Positions 9,799-19,298 of a stretch of 64,000 nt of DNA are shown piece after piece. The stretch lies in IMG/VR virus record IMGVR_UViG_3300028886_000037, positions 96,001 through 160,000 of that record, one strand, 5' to 3'. The stretch comes from a virus. Taxonomy: Duplodnaviria; Caudoviricetes. Positions within the stretch are counted from its first letter, which is position 1, and the number at the start of each line of letters is the position of its first letter. The notes beneath the pieces were generated by a model that worked only from the letters and a program-made list of their open reading frames with translations, had not been told where the DNA came from and ran no database searches. A program made the position numbers and the translations under genes.

Positions 9799-11259
9799 TT
9801 ATAGGATCGAGTTTATCTTGTCTAGATCCACTTTCGCAGAAGCTACATAAGCGTTGTCGGCGACATCAGTGTTCGTCTTGTCTTCGACTGCGGCAGTCTT
9901 CTCTTCTGCTATCTGAGCGACTGGAGTGGGCGTAGGCAGAGCAGCTGGTGCAGTGTTCGTCAGCTGTGGCGTTCTTTCGCTGGGTGCAGAGTTCAAGTCG
10001 TAGATCTGCTGCTTGTCGATGCATACGCCTATCATCACTTCTGTGTTCTTGTTGTTCTTCAATCTCGTCTTAGCGACCTTGATCTTGTACATGCCGTTCT
10101 CTAGCATCGTCTGGTCCTGAGTCGTAGCGAACATAGCGTCAACCTTAGTCGTAGAGCCGAAGGAGTCTGCGATGTCCGTCAAGCCGACAGATGCGCTGTC
10201 GGCTCCTCCTCTATTGACCTGGAAGCCAGTCACCGTAGGAATGCCGAGCTTCATGCAGATAGAGCCACGCCACTCAGCTACGACCTTCTGCAGGATAGTG
10301 TTCGTGTTCAAGTTGGGGTTCGGACGACCGTTAGGAATCATACATCCGACGTAGTCCAAGAAGATGATGTCTGGAGTGAACTTTTTCTTTTCCTTCAAGT
10401 CCTTCAACAGCGTCCTGACTCTCATCGTGTTCACAGCTGCTTCCTCGAGTTCTACGATCTTCAAGTGAGTAGCTGACATGGCCTTCATCTTGTTCTTGAG
10501 AGCGACGAATGAGTTCCTGTTGAGCATCTTGAGCTGTTCCTGCGAGATGTCGCACAGGTTCTGCATCATTCTAGTAGCGATCTTAGTCTTCGAGTCTTCG
10601 AAGGTGATGTATAGCACGTTCTTTCCTCGAGCCATGATGTTGGACGCCATACAGCTCATCATCAGGGTCTTACCAATGTTAGTGCCAGCTAAGAGGCCGA
10701 TCATGACCTTGTCTGGAATGCCTCCGTTCATGAGGTTGTCGAACTCCTTGATGCCCGTAGGAATGATGTTGACAGCTTGGATCATCTCTTCATAGACTTC
10801 GTCAAGGTCGTCAACGAGGTCGAAGCCGACATCTGTGTCGAAACTGAACGACTCAGCGTCAGCCATCATCTGAGCGAACGAGTCGCCAGCTGGAGGCTCA
10901 CCGTGAGAGAATAGGTACTCTTGGACTTTAAGGGTAACTTCATACATGAGCTTCTTGCGGATGAAGTCCTGGATGTCGTCGAGGATAGACTCGCTCTGCG
11001 CCTCTTCGTCTGGAATAGCGATAGCAGCGTCAAACTCTTCAAGAACGCCCATGTCATTTCTGAGCATAGTTCTCGACTCGATGACCGATGGGAATCTGCC
11101 CCACTTCTCCATGTAGTCGATGATCTTAGATACGATAGTGCTGATATTCTCGTTTTCTCTGAACCAGTCGTCTTTCAGGAACGGAGTAACTCTGTCTCTG
11201 ACGGACTGATTAGCGTATAGTGTCTTCAAAATTAAGTGCGGAAACTGTACATTCACCAT
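9799..11259 (-). CDS. Replicative DnaB-like helicase (T4 gp41)
   Basis: AGTNIGKT Walker A, NVLYITFE, IFLDY, QVNR, ADSFG. Confidence 0.95.
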   Translation of the reverse strand: MVNVQFPHLILKTLYANQSVRDRVTPFLKDDWFRENENISTIVSKIIDYMEKWGRFPSVIESRTMLRNDMGVLEEFDAAIAIPDEEAQSESILDDIQDFIRKKLMYEVTLKVQEYLFSHGEPPAGDSFAQMMADAESFSFDTDVGFDLVDDLDEVYEEMIQAVNIIPTGIKEFDNLMNGGIPDKVMIGLLAGTNIGKTLMMSCMASNIMARGKNVLYITFEDSKTKIATRMMQNLCDISQEQLKMLNRNSFVALKNKMKAMSATHLKIVELEEAAVNTMRVRTLLKDLKEKKKFTPDIIFLDYVGCMIPNGRPNPNLNTNTILQKVVAEWRGSICMKLGIPTVTGFQVNRGGADSASVGLTDIADSFGSTTKVDAMFATTQDQTMLENGMYKIKVAKTRLKNNKNTEVMIGVCIDKQQIYDLNSAPSERTPQLTNTAPAALPTPTPVAQIAEEKTAAVEDKTNTDVADNAYVASAKVDLDKINSIL

Positions 11260-11333
11260 GATATACCAAAAATAGAAAAAAAAGAGACCGGAAGTTATTT
11301 ACATCCAGTCCCTTTGCAGTGAGAAGGAAAACT

Positions 11334-12644
11334 TTAGTCTTCGTTCTTGGCAGCTTCGATCTCTTCCTTGCTGTATTTCTGGAAGATTCCGGTGCCATCG
11401 AGTTCGAGATCTTCGTTCTCGTCGCCGTATTCAGATTCAAACTGAGCTTCCTCGTCGCCAGCGTTGATGACTGGCATCGTCTCGTCGGTGATCTCAGCAG
11501 CGCCGTCGATGAGAGCCATGACGTCGATAGAAGCAGAGATGAGCTTAGCGTTGACGAAGCTGTACTTGTCTTCGCAGTAGTCTACGAACTTCTGATCGAG
11601 GTAGAGCGGAACCCAGAAGGCAGCGCAGTAGAGCTCAGACTCTTTCCACATCTTCTTGACTTCGCCAGTTTCCTTGTCGACGTCGTAGTCGGTTCTAGCG
11701 TAGTAGCCCGGCTTCGGCTTAAAGACCACTTCGGCTTCAATAGCGTCGTCTAGGAGACCGAAGAACGGATCAAGACCGCCGTCATGACGAATGAGATACT
11801 TGGTCTTGAGGAATTCCTTAGCGCCACGACCCTTTTTGACGCCGACTGTAACGACCTTTCCGAGAATGTTGTCCTGAGCGTCCTTGTACTTAGCAGCAGA
11901 GGAAGCGAGGCCGATGGAGTCAGAGTTGAAGAACAAGCGCTTACCGCCAGGAATCTTGAACTTCTCGCCATACTGTTCGAGTGAGCTGTAGACGTGGTTG
12001 ATCACGAAGGTAGTGTTGCCGCAAGCGTTGATGATGTTAGCGAGCTCGTTCTTGAACTTAGCGCCAGACATGTTCACAGACGAAGAGGCCTCTTCTGCCT
12101 TCTCCATCACCTGAACTTCCACGATCGGACCCCAAGAGTCCATCAGGACGAACGTGTTCATAGCCTCTTCACGGCTCTTGCCCTTGTTGATGCGAGCGAA
12201 GATCTGCTTCAGCTCGTTGATCTTGGAGGTCTGGTAGATCACGATCTTGTCTAGATCGATGCCCAGCTGCTTGAGTAGGTCGAGGTTGATAGCGTGTTCC
12301 GTGTCGATTACGACGCATGCCATACCAGAACGGTATGCGCACTGTAGAAGGTTGTAGCCGATCAATGACTTACCGAGCTGAGAGTCAGCAGCCATAGATG
12401 TGATAGCGCCCTTCTTGATGCCGCCACGGATCTTTCCAGAGAAGACGAGGTTCAGTGAGATGACGTTGGTGTTGAGCCACTCATACTTCATCGTCTCGGG
12501 ATTGATTACGAGCTTGTTGAGCTCCTTGTCTTTCTTGATTTCCTTGATGATTTCGTCGGCCTTGCTGAATGTCGCTGGACCAGTTCCGAAGTCGTTAGTT
12601 GTAGTCTTGCCAATATCCTTTGCTTTTCTATCTTTCTTTGACAT
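11334..12644 (-). CDS. uvsX: UvsX/RecA-like recombinase
   Basis: AADSQLGKS, IDTE, MDSWG, INHVY, PGG motifs. Confidence 0.93.
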   Translation of the reverse strand: MSKKDRKAKDIGKTTTNDFGTGPATFSKADEIIKEIKKDKELNKLVINPETMKYEWLNTNVISLNLVFSGKIRGGIKKGAITSMAADSQLGKSLIGYNLLQCAYRSGMACVVIDTEHAINLDLLKQLGIDLDKIVIYQTSKINELKQIFARINKGKSREEAMNTFVLMDSWGPIVEVQVMEKAEEASSSVNMSGAKFKNELANIINACGNTTFVINHVYSSLEQYGEKFKIPGGKRLFFNSDSIGLASSAAKYKDAQDNILGKVVTVGVKKGRGAKEFLKTKYLIRHDGGLDPFFGLLDDAIEAEVVFKPKPGYYARTDYDVDKETGEVKKMWKESELYCAAFWVPLYLDQKFVDYCEDKYSFVNAKLISASIDVMALIDGAAEITDETMPVINAGDEEAQFESEYGDENEDLELDGTGIFQKYSKEEIEAAKNED

Positions 12645-12743
12645 ATATTATCCTTCTCATCCGTTGTGTGGATGATAATGTAAATATACTCATTTTTGCG
12701 GAATTTTTATTTCGCGACAGCTTTTAAGAAAATCTGATTTTGA

Positions 12744-12775
12744 GGGTTTAGATTTCTCTGAAATATACTTATATT
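12744..12775 (+). promoter_or_regulatory. Early promoter, repeated family GGGTTTA(G/C)-N~18-TATATT
   Basis: GGGTTTAGATTTCTC...CTTATATT then CAACAAGGACC RBS. Confidence 0.75.
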
Positions 12776-12803
12776 TGACATGTAAACAAAAACAACAAGG
12801 ACC

Positions 12804-13169
12804 ATGACCATGAAAAAGACTCTCACTGAAGAAGAAAAACTCCGTCGCAAGGAACGAGCTGCTGCACGTCGCGCTAAAAAGAAGGAAGCCAAGGCTGCCG
12901 AAGCGGCTAAAGAGGCTGAGAAGAAAGCTGCCCGCAAGCGTCGCGCCGAAGAGCGCAAGCGCAAGAAACGTGAAGAGAAGCTTCAGGAGAGGATCGCGTT
13001 CGACAGAAAGGAACGCCGTCTCAAAGACATCTACATCGGAAAGAATCTCCACAACACCGATCTCGAACTCATCAACTATCCGTTCTACACGACTAGCTTC
13101 AACAGCGAAGTCAAGCTCGACGTCGATGACAACAACATCATCCGCTCTGTCAAGCTCACGAGAATGTAA
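12804..13169 (+). CDS. Hypothetical basic early protein
   Basis: K/R/E/A-rich ORF directly behind early promoter. Confidence 0.75.
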   Translation: MTMKKTLTEEEKLRRKERAAARRAKKKEAKAAEAAKEAEKKAARKRRAEERKRKKREEKLQERIAFDRKERRLKDIYIGKNLHNTDLELINYPFYTTSFNSEVKLDVDDNNIIRSVKLTRM

Positions 13170-13183
13170 AATTCACTAAACAA

Positions 13184-13453
13184 ATGACCAACACTATGAA
13201 ACCTATCATGACTAAATCAGAACTGCTTAAGATGCTTGAACCATTGTCCGATACTGACGTCATTCAGTGTCAGGTAAACTATACGACCAGCAAGACAGAA
13301 GCGGCATATTCACAATACAAGAATACCACGGAAGTAGTTCCTATCACTGGTGTGTCTGTGGAAGAGCCTCCGAAAGGTCCTAACAGAAACCACAAGGTGT
13401 ATGTTAATGCATATAAATTGGCATATCTTCAAGTGAATGTGGAGATCGACTAA
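13184..13453 (+). CDS. Hypothetical protein
   Basis: 89 aa ORF in plus-strand operon. Confidence 0.65.
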   Translation: MTNTMKPIMTKSELLKMLEPLSDTDVIQCQVNYTTSKTEAAYSQYKNTTEVVPITGVSVEEPPKGPNRNHKVYVNAYKLAYLQVNVEID

Positions 13454-13474
13454 ACTCCGAAAACTGAGGAACTT

Positions 13475-13765
13475 ATGATCAGCATTATCCAAGAAGATCG
13501 AGAGAACTACTCGTTCCTGCTAAAAGTCACCAATTACAACCACGACCAACGATGTGAAATATCTGAGGCTATTATGGCCGAAGGCGACAGCGCAGTCCAT
13601 GAGTGCGGAGATTATTGGATCGTCATCCCGAACGATGACTATACGACATGGAGCAAGATGTCAGATCTCATCCACAGTCTCATGGACAAGTACAACGATG
13701 GGTGCAACGATAACGTAGGACTTCAGCTTACTAAGGACGAAGTCATTGCATTGAGTGTCTATTAA
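13475..13765 (+). CDS. Hypothetical protein
   Basis: 96 aa, GAGG RBS. Confidence 0.7.
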   Translation: MISIIQEDRENYSFLLKVTNYNHDQRCEISEAIMAEGDSAVHECGDYWIVIPNDDYTTWSKMSDLIHSLMDKYNDGCNDNVGLQLTKDEVIALSVY

Positions 13766-13844
13766 AACAAAACAGGAGAAATGACTAAGTGTTAAAATTT
13801 CATATATTTAATAATGACATTTTTCAACAATAAGGATAACTAAT

Positions 13845-14663
13845 ATGAGAGAACTAGACATGAATGCAAATAGATTGAAGACAGAAGAGCAGAAGATTCA
13901 CTGGCTTGAGAACGAGATCAAGGACCTAGAATATGTCCTTTCTTCTGACTGCATTAACAGAAACCTTAAGCTGAACCAGCTTCAGATGTACAGAGAGTTT
14001 CTTGCTGTAAAGCGAGAACAAATGAATGAATCTACGAGGGAACAAGAGAAACTTGGCAAGCTTAAGGTCAGGGTTTTGGATCTTGTCTTCTGTGAGGCCT
14101 CTAACGACCCAGAACTTGTTGCTAGGGCAGATGTCGAAGTTACTAACGATGGTTCAGTCATTACCCTCAATGATCTTGACCTCAGACATAACGACTCTAC
14201 GGGAATCTACAGTATTGTCGAGCCAGAGCTTCCATCAGGCGTATGTATAAATGGATTTACATGTAGAGCAGTTACAAGTGCTGTTGCGGCTCGTTATGAA
14301 CAAATAAAGAACTCAGATGGAAAGCTTGAAAAGCTCGATACTGCTACGAGCATTGACAGGAAGGAATATGACGAATTTCTCAAAGTGATTTATGAACATT
14401 TCGACAGAGACGACATGGATATCGGTGATTGTCTCGAAGAGTGCAAGTTGAAGTTAAAGGCAGCACATGCATACATCAACTACTTAGAAGATGCTAATAA
14501 AGTAGGCAATAAAGACAAGATCAACAAGATGTTTACTGAAATGTTCGAAACTAGCATAAAATCAGTTGTCGATGACAGCTTGGCCAAGATCGAAACTACA
14601 TGCATCACTGCGTTAGATAAGTTCTGCCAGCAGATGGACTCATCCGCATACGATAAACAGTGA
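13845..14663 (+). CDS. Hypothetical protein with central SpoVG-like segment
   Basis: LVARADVEV...ITLNDLDL...YSIVEP...AVAARYEQ resembles SpoVG; helical flanks. Confidence 0.6.
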   Translation: MRELDMNANRLKTEEQKIHWLENEIKDLEYVLSSDCINRNLKLNQLQMYREFLAVKREQMNESTREQEKLGKLKVRVLDLVFCEASNDPELVARADVEVTNDGSVITLNDLDLRHNDSTGIYSIVEPELPSGVCINGFTCRAVTSAVAARYEQIKNSDGKLEKLDTATSIDRKEYDEFLKVIYEHFDRDDMDIGDCLEECKLKLKAAHAYINYLEDANKVGNKDKINKMFTEMFETSIKSVVDDSLAKIETTCITALDKFCQQMDSSAYDKQ

Positions 14664-14693
14664 TTTTTCTAGTAGTCACAAAAGGATAATCAG

Positions 14694-14726
14694 AATGCTC
14701 AAGACTAGTCTTGAGCATTTTTTTTT
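14694..14726 (+). terminator. Intrinsic terminator
   Basis: AATGCTCAAGA-CTAG-TCTTGAGCATT followed by T-run. Confidence 0.85.
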
Positions 14727-14727
14727 G

Positions 14728-14826
14728 CTAAAGTTCGTGTTCAAGTATAGAATGCAGCTCTTTGAAGGTAACTATAGACTCGATTCCATTTCTTCTTATC
14801 TTAACTTTCTGATTTTCATCACAACA
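14728..14826 (-). pseudogene. Orphan copy of the terminase split-intein N-fragment
   Basis: Translates CCDENQKVKIRRNGIESIVTFKELHSILEHEL*, no start codon. Confidence 0.85.
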
Positions 14827-15035
14827 TTATCTAGTAAGTTCATACTTTAGCGTTCCGCAGTCATAGATCCTATAATACCCATGTTCGTTCATTATTTCGT
14901 GTTCAGTTTTTCCAGGGCTATATCCCATTTTTACAAGGTTGCTTTTCTGAAATTTCATTCTATTAACACGCTTATGATCGACTAATATAGATTTTTCTCT
15001 CGATAGAAATTTCGTGATAGTGCTCAAATCTGGTG
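14827..15035 (-). pseudogene. C-terminal remnant of a Hef-like homing endonuclease
   Basis: KRVNRMKFQKSNLV...KTEHEIMNEHGYYRIYDCGTLKYELTR* parallels the C-terminus of 19299..20729. Confidence 0.8.
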
Positions 15036-15068
15036 AACAAAAAAAATATGAGAAAATCTCAATTTTGC

Positions 15069-15099
15069 TGTTTAGATTTCTCTTGAAAATACTTATATT
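15069..15099 (+). promoter_or_regulatory. Early promoter (repeated family)
   Basis: GTTTAGATTTCTC...CTTATATT; AAAGGACC RBS. Confidence 0.7.
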
Positions 15100-15132
15100 A
15101 TACTTGTAAAACTCAATAAAAGGACCAGAACT

Positions 15133-16770
15133 ATGAAAAACCTTCTTGAAACCGTCATCTACGACTACAAGATCCATAACTCTATAGAACTCCGCAACTG
15201 GCAGCTTCAGGCGATGAAGAATCTCGAACGTCTCATCAGCAATCGCCCAATCTCTGTACTGGTCGATGCGACATGCGGTTCTGGTAAGAGCACGGTTCAG
15301 CACATGGCAATTGACTATGTCGCTCGTCTGAAAGAAGCAGAAGGAAAGAAAGCTATGATTCTTCTAGCTTCTCCACGTCTTCTTCTCAATAAACAGCTTC
15401 TCGAATGCTGCAAATCGAACATTAAAGACTTCGATGATCGATTCACAGTTCTCAACATGGCTTCTAACGATCTCGGAGACGCTAAGTTCGATATGCTCAC
15501 TTCAACTGGCTTCGGCATCTCTAACAAGCTCAATTCGAATAAGCACATCCTTCTTCTCGCATGCGACACTTCGGTCAACATGGACTTCGATAACGCTGCA
15601 CGCCAGATCGAATCTAGAATCATGCATCTCGCTTCACATCGCACTAAGAACGGACACGAAGTAACTTTCGATCTCGCAATGATCGATGAAGCTCACAAGG
15701 ATATCGACGACTCTGTTCTGCTCGAACTCAAGAAGATGAGCAACACTCTAATCACCTATACTGCTACTCCTTCTAAGCGCTTGTCTAAGATCTGCTCTAC
15801 TAAGCGAATCTCTTACGGCTTCCGTCAGGCTATCAAGGACGGCGTCGTGGTTCCGCCTTCTCTCTACCTCGTATCTAGAACTAACAAGCTCAAAGAAAAG
15901 GACAAGGCTACTTCGATCGTCGCTAGCATCAAGCACCTCATCAATGAAGCGGAAAATACTCCGAAGCTCGGCTACGATAAACGCGCAGTAGAAGTCGTAT
16001 TCGACAACAGCATCGACTATCTCCGTAACTACGAGAACACTCTCCGTTCGATTTACACAATCGATGAACTTGACATCGCAATTCTCGCTTCTGAGAAGGA
16101 AGTAGCGGTCAAGAATCAGCACGGTGAACGTGTCAAGAAGTACGAGATTTACTCTAGCTTCAACGGAGAAAAGCTCGAAGATGCAGAAGTCCTCGAAAAA
16201 GTCAGAAACTCCAAGAAGCACACGATCATCCTCTCGGCTTACAAGGTGCAAGAAGGAATCGACATCAAGGCTATCAACGGCGTCTGCATTCTCTGCGATA
16301 AGCGCGAAAACAATCTCTATCAGGCTATCTGCCGTGGCGACAGAACTGCTCCGGGCAAAAAGAAGTTCAATATCTACATCACGGCTGACTCAGATGACCA
16401 GATTCATGACTTCTTGGACAAGATGGTTGAAGGATTCGAAAGTGAAATCGACTTCGGAGATGGTATCGAACTCGGCGCTGGCAAAGAGGTAGAAACTGAA
16501 GAAGTCGACATCAGCGCTCTCAAGTCTGTCGTACCGATGGCTATCCGCTACCGCAACGCTATCGTAAAGGCTGTAGAAGAATACAAGGCAGAGAACGAAA
16601 TCCAGATCGCTTCTGAAGCATTCAAAGATGAAGCATGGAAGATGTGGCACAACGGCGACGAGATCGGAAAGATCTGGACTCTTTTCGCTCGAGACGAGTT
16701 CGATCACTTCTCTGCTACAGTAGAAGATGATCTCGTAAACTGGGTTGAAAACGAACTTTTCTCTAAATAA
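15133..16770 (+). CDS. SF2 DEAH helicase (Type I/III Res-like)
   Basis: LRNWQ, ATCGSGKS, IDEAH, YTATP, EGIDI, QAICRGDR. Confidence 0.9.
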   Translation: MKNLLETVIYDYKIHNSIELRNWQLQAMKNLERLISNRPISVLVDATCGSGKSTVQHMAIDYVARLKEAEGKKAMILLASPRLLLNKQLLECCKSNIKDFDDRFTVLNMASNDLGDAKFDMLTSTGFGISNKLNSNKHILLLACDTSVNMDFDNAARQIESRIMHLASHRTKNGHEVTFDLAMIDEAHKDIDDSVLLELKKMSNTLITYTATPSKRLSKICSTKRISYGFRQAIKDGVVVPPSLYLVSRTNKLKEKDKATSIVASIKHLINEAENTPKLGYDKRAVEVVFDNSIDYLRNYENTLRSIYTIDELDIAILASEKEVAVKNQHGERVKKYEIYSSFNGEKLEDAEVLEKVRNSKKHTIILSAYKVQEGIDIKAINGVCILCDKRENNLYQAICRGDRTAPGKKKFNIYITADSDDQIHDFLDKMVEGFESEIDFGDGIELGAGKEVETEEVDISALKSVVPMAIRYRNAIVKAVEEYKAENEIQIASEAFKDEAWKMWHNGDEIGKIWTLFARDEFDHFSATVEDDLVNWVENELFSK

Positions 16771-16832
16771 CAGTTTTTGATTTCTCTCGAAATTACTTAT
16801 ATTATAAGAGAAACTTCAACAAAGGACCACAC

Positions 16833-17609
16833 ATGAACAACTTATTCACTCACAAAGCGATGACTGCAGTGCTCAAGCCGAACACTGTAATGGACGACAG
16901 TCAGTTCGACTACAACAAGGCATACTTGGATTTCTTCGAACACATGGCTAATGTCGGTTGCATCGAATACGACAATCCCGAGTATCTCCGCAACACGATC
17001 AACGAATTTGGAAAGAAGTTCGTTGAAGAGTACAAGACTAAGTTTCTCTCTATCGCGTCTGAGAAGGACATCGAGACCTCTATTGAGCAGAACAAGAAGA
17101 TCACTATTGACGAATACTTCTTCGATCTTCGATTGAAGTATGTCGGAAATCTTTTCGAAGCAGTCATGCAGTGCTACTTCTCGCTAGCTAATGTGCGTGA
17201 CTCTAGACTGCAGCAGTTCACTGGATACGAAGAGGTCAACGGTGGGGACTGGGATTTCAAGGGTGTAGACGCATGGCTAACTGAACCGACTTATGGAATA
17301 AAGATTCCAGTCAACGCTAAGCACAAGACGATTGAAGAGATCAAGGAATTTGCGCCTTTCCAGAAGCTTCAGAGCGCTAGCCGTGAAGTAGTCAAGGAAC
17401 TAAAGAAAAAGTCCTCAGAAGCGGCTTTAGCTGCTCTAGACTGCCCGTCTGGCATACTCTTCACCGACATCGTTGCTAAGCCTCTTCTCCCAGAGAAGTT
17501 CCCTGACGTGATCGTCATCGACAGCTGGACGCTGTTCCAAGCTCTCGGAAAGGGTGCTGTGCCTAACAGGTCTTTCTGGGAAGCTTCGCTTGAACTTATG
17601 AAGAAATAA
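16833..17609 (+). CDS. Putative PD-(D/E)xK restriction-like nuclease
   Basis: GNLFE...DFKGVDAW...VNAKH; own early promoter at 16773-16803; next to methylases. Confidence 0.5.
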   Translation: MNNLFTHKAMTAVLKPNTVMDDSQFDYNKAYLDFFEHMANVGCIEYDNPEYLRNTINEFGKKFVEEYKTKFLSIASEKDIETSIEQNKKITIDEYFFDLRLKYVGNLFEAVMQCYFSLANVRDSRLQQFTGYEEVNGGDWDFKGVDAWLTEPTYGIKIPVNAKHKTIEEIKEFAPFQKLQSASREVVKELKKKSSEAALAALDCPSGILFTDIVAKPLLPEKFPDVIVIDSWTLFQALGKGAVPNRSFWEASLELMKK

Positions 17610-17713
17610 AAGCAAGAAAAAATTAAGATTTTCTCAAATTCTGGGTTTAGAGAAATCCAGAATTTTCTTATATTATAAGAGAAATCGTAACAACCTTTCT
17701 CTAGGAGAAACTC

Positions 17714-18748
17714 ATGGAATACCGCTGGAACAAGAACTGGGCTGCTAAGTATATCGCAGGCGTAACTGATAAGAAGATCCTGGTCGTAAACGACCTCCAG
17801 CTAGCTCGAAAGCTCGCTGTGAGCAACTCGGTGACTTATCTTACTGATGATGAGAAATCCTATCACACATTCCTCAAAATGGTATCTCCTCTAAATAATG
17901 TAAATTTTGGAATGGACGACTCCGTCCATCTGGTCGACTACAAAGGCGACTACACGAAGGAGATAACTGGTATGAAATTTGACTTGATCGTTGGCAATCC
18001 TCCTTATGACCGTTCTCTTCACTTGAAGATACTTGATCAACTGCTTCCTTACGCTAAAGAGATTGTATGGATAAGTCCAGTTCGTTGGCTTCAAGATCCA
18101 TTGGCCAAGTACAAGAAGACTTCTGATCTGCTGAAGTACAAAGACACTATCTTGACAAAGTTGAAAGAAGTTGAAGTAGTTAGCGCTAAGGATGCTATAG
18201 CTATGTTTGATAACGCTAGATTCACTATGGACTTAGCCATCTATCATATCAAAGAATCAAACGCATCTTCTTTCGATCCAAGACCTCTATACAAGAATGC
18301 ATGGATTATTGAACATGTAGTAGATAGAGTAGTAAATGGAGAGGTCGACTCAATAGCAGATCACTATCTTGACAGAGATGAACTAGATATGAGTATTCCT
18401 TTCATGAGATTTAGTGATATTCATGGTCATAAACATCAGAATGACTGGCATATATTCTTGTCACCTGATCATAAGCTCGCATTTGACAAGAATGCTAAGA
18501 AGGTTGGTGGCTTGAACTTCAATACTCAAGAAGAAGCCGAGAATTTCTTCAACTATATGCAGACTGCCTTCATCAAGTTCTTGGGCATCACGATTAAGCG
18601 GGACGTGAACGTCCCGCTTGGCTTCATCCCTTATATGAATGACTACACTCGTCCTTGGACAGACGAAGATCTGTTCCAGCTCTTCAACATCACAGAAGAA
18701 GAACAGAAGATTATCCATGACACTGTAAAGGATGTTGCGAAATGGTAA
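17714..18748 (+). CDS. N6-adenine DNA methyltransferase, catalytic half (motif IV + target recognition)
   Basis: FDLIVGNPPY, ISPVRW, C-terminal WTDEDLFQLFNITEEE; no SAM-binding motif I recognised. Confidence 0.85.
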   Translation: MEYRWNKNWAAKYIAGVTDKKILVVNDLQLARKLAVSNSVTYLTDDEKSYHTFLKMVSPLNNVNFGMDDSVHLVDYKGDYTKEITGMKFDLIVGNPPYDRSLHLKILDQLLPYAKEIVWISPVRWLQDPLAKYKKTSDLLKYKDTILTKLKEVEVVSAKDAIAMFDNARFTMDLAIYHIKESNASSFDPRPLYKNAWIIEHVVDRVVNGEVDSIADHYLDRDELDMSIPFMRFSDIHGHKHQNDWHIFLSPDHKLAFDKNAKKVGGLNFNTQEEAENFFNYMQTAFIKFLGITIKRDVNVPLGFIPYMNDYTRPWTDEDLFQLFNITEEEQKIIHDTVKDVAKW

Positions 18749-19197
18749 AGACTATCTACGATTACGACAACGACTTCAACCACTATGAGCACGCTGACAA
18801 GAAGGAGCGCCAGAAGCTCGGACAAGTATGGACTCCCTACGACACAATCGCTAAGATGATGGACAAGTGGCCTATCGAGAACTGGAAGGATCATTCGAAG
18901 ACTATGCTAGATCCGACTATGGGAGCTGGAAACATCGTCATAGCTATGCTGTATCGCAGAATCGTAGAGCATGGCCAAGATCCAATCGCTGCTCTCAAGA
19001 ACACCTACGGCGTAGAGCTAGATCCTCCAACTCACAAATACGCTCAACAGCGCATAATCAGATTCATGAAGAACTTCACGGACGAAGATGTCAGAGATAT
19101 CGTAAAGCATAACTTCGTCAACTCAGACATCTTCGAATGGAACTTAGAGACCTGGAAGAGCAAAAACGACAAGAAGTCGAAGTTTCTTATCAAGTAA
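18742..19197 (+). CDS. DNA methyltransferase, SAM-binding half (motifs X, I-III)
   Basis: LGQVWTP, LDPTMGAGN, YGVELD; no NPPY. Confidence 0.85.
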   Translation: MVKTIYDYDNDFNHYEHADKKERQKLGQVWTPYDTIAKMMDKWPIENWKDHSKTMLDPTMGAGNIVIAMLYRRIVEHGQDPIAALKNTYGVELDPPTHKYAQQRIIRFMKNFTDEDVRDIVKHNFVNSDIFEWNLETWKSKNDKKSKFLIK

Positions 19198-19199
19198 CT

Positions 19200-19298
19200 T
19201 TAGAGCTGGTGTTCAAGAATGCTAGCCAATTCCTCCATCGAGACGACGCTTTCTACGCCGTCTCTTCTTATTTTGACTAACTGGTGCCCATCTGTGCT
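19200..19298 (-). pseudogene. Orphan copy of the terminase split-intein N-fragment
   Basis: Translates STDGHQLVKIRRDGVESVVSMEELASILEHQL*, in frame after the endonuclease stop. Confidence 0.8.

Noticed and set aside
14827-15303. 158-aa ORF as a real gene
   Set aside because: Its N-terminal part is antisense to the helicase and promoter; only the last ~65 codons are an endonuclease remnant.
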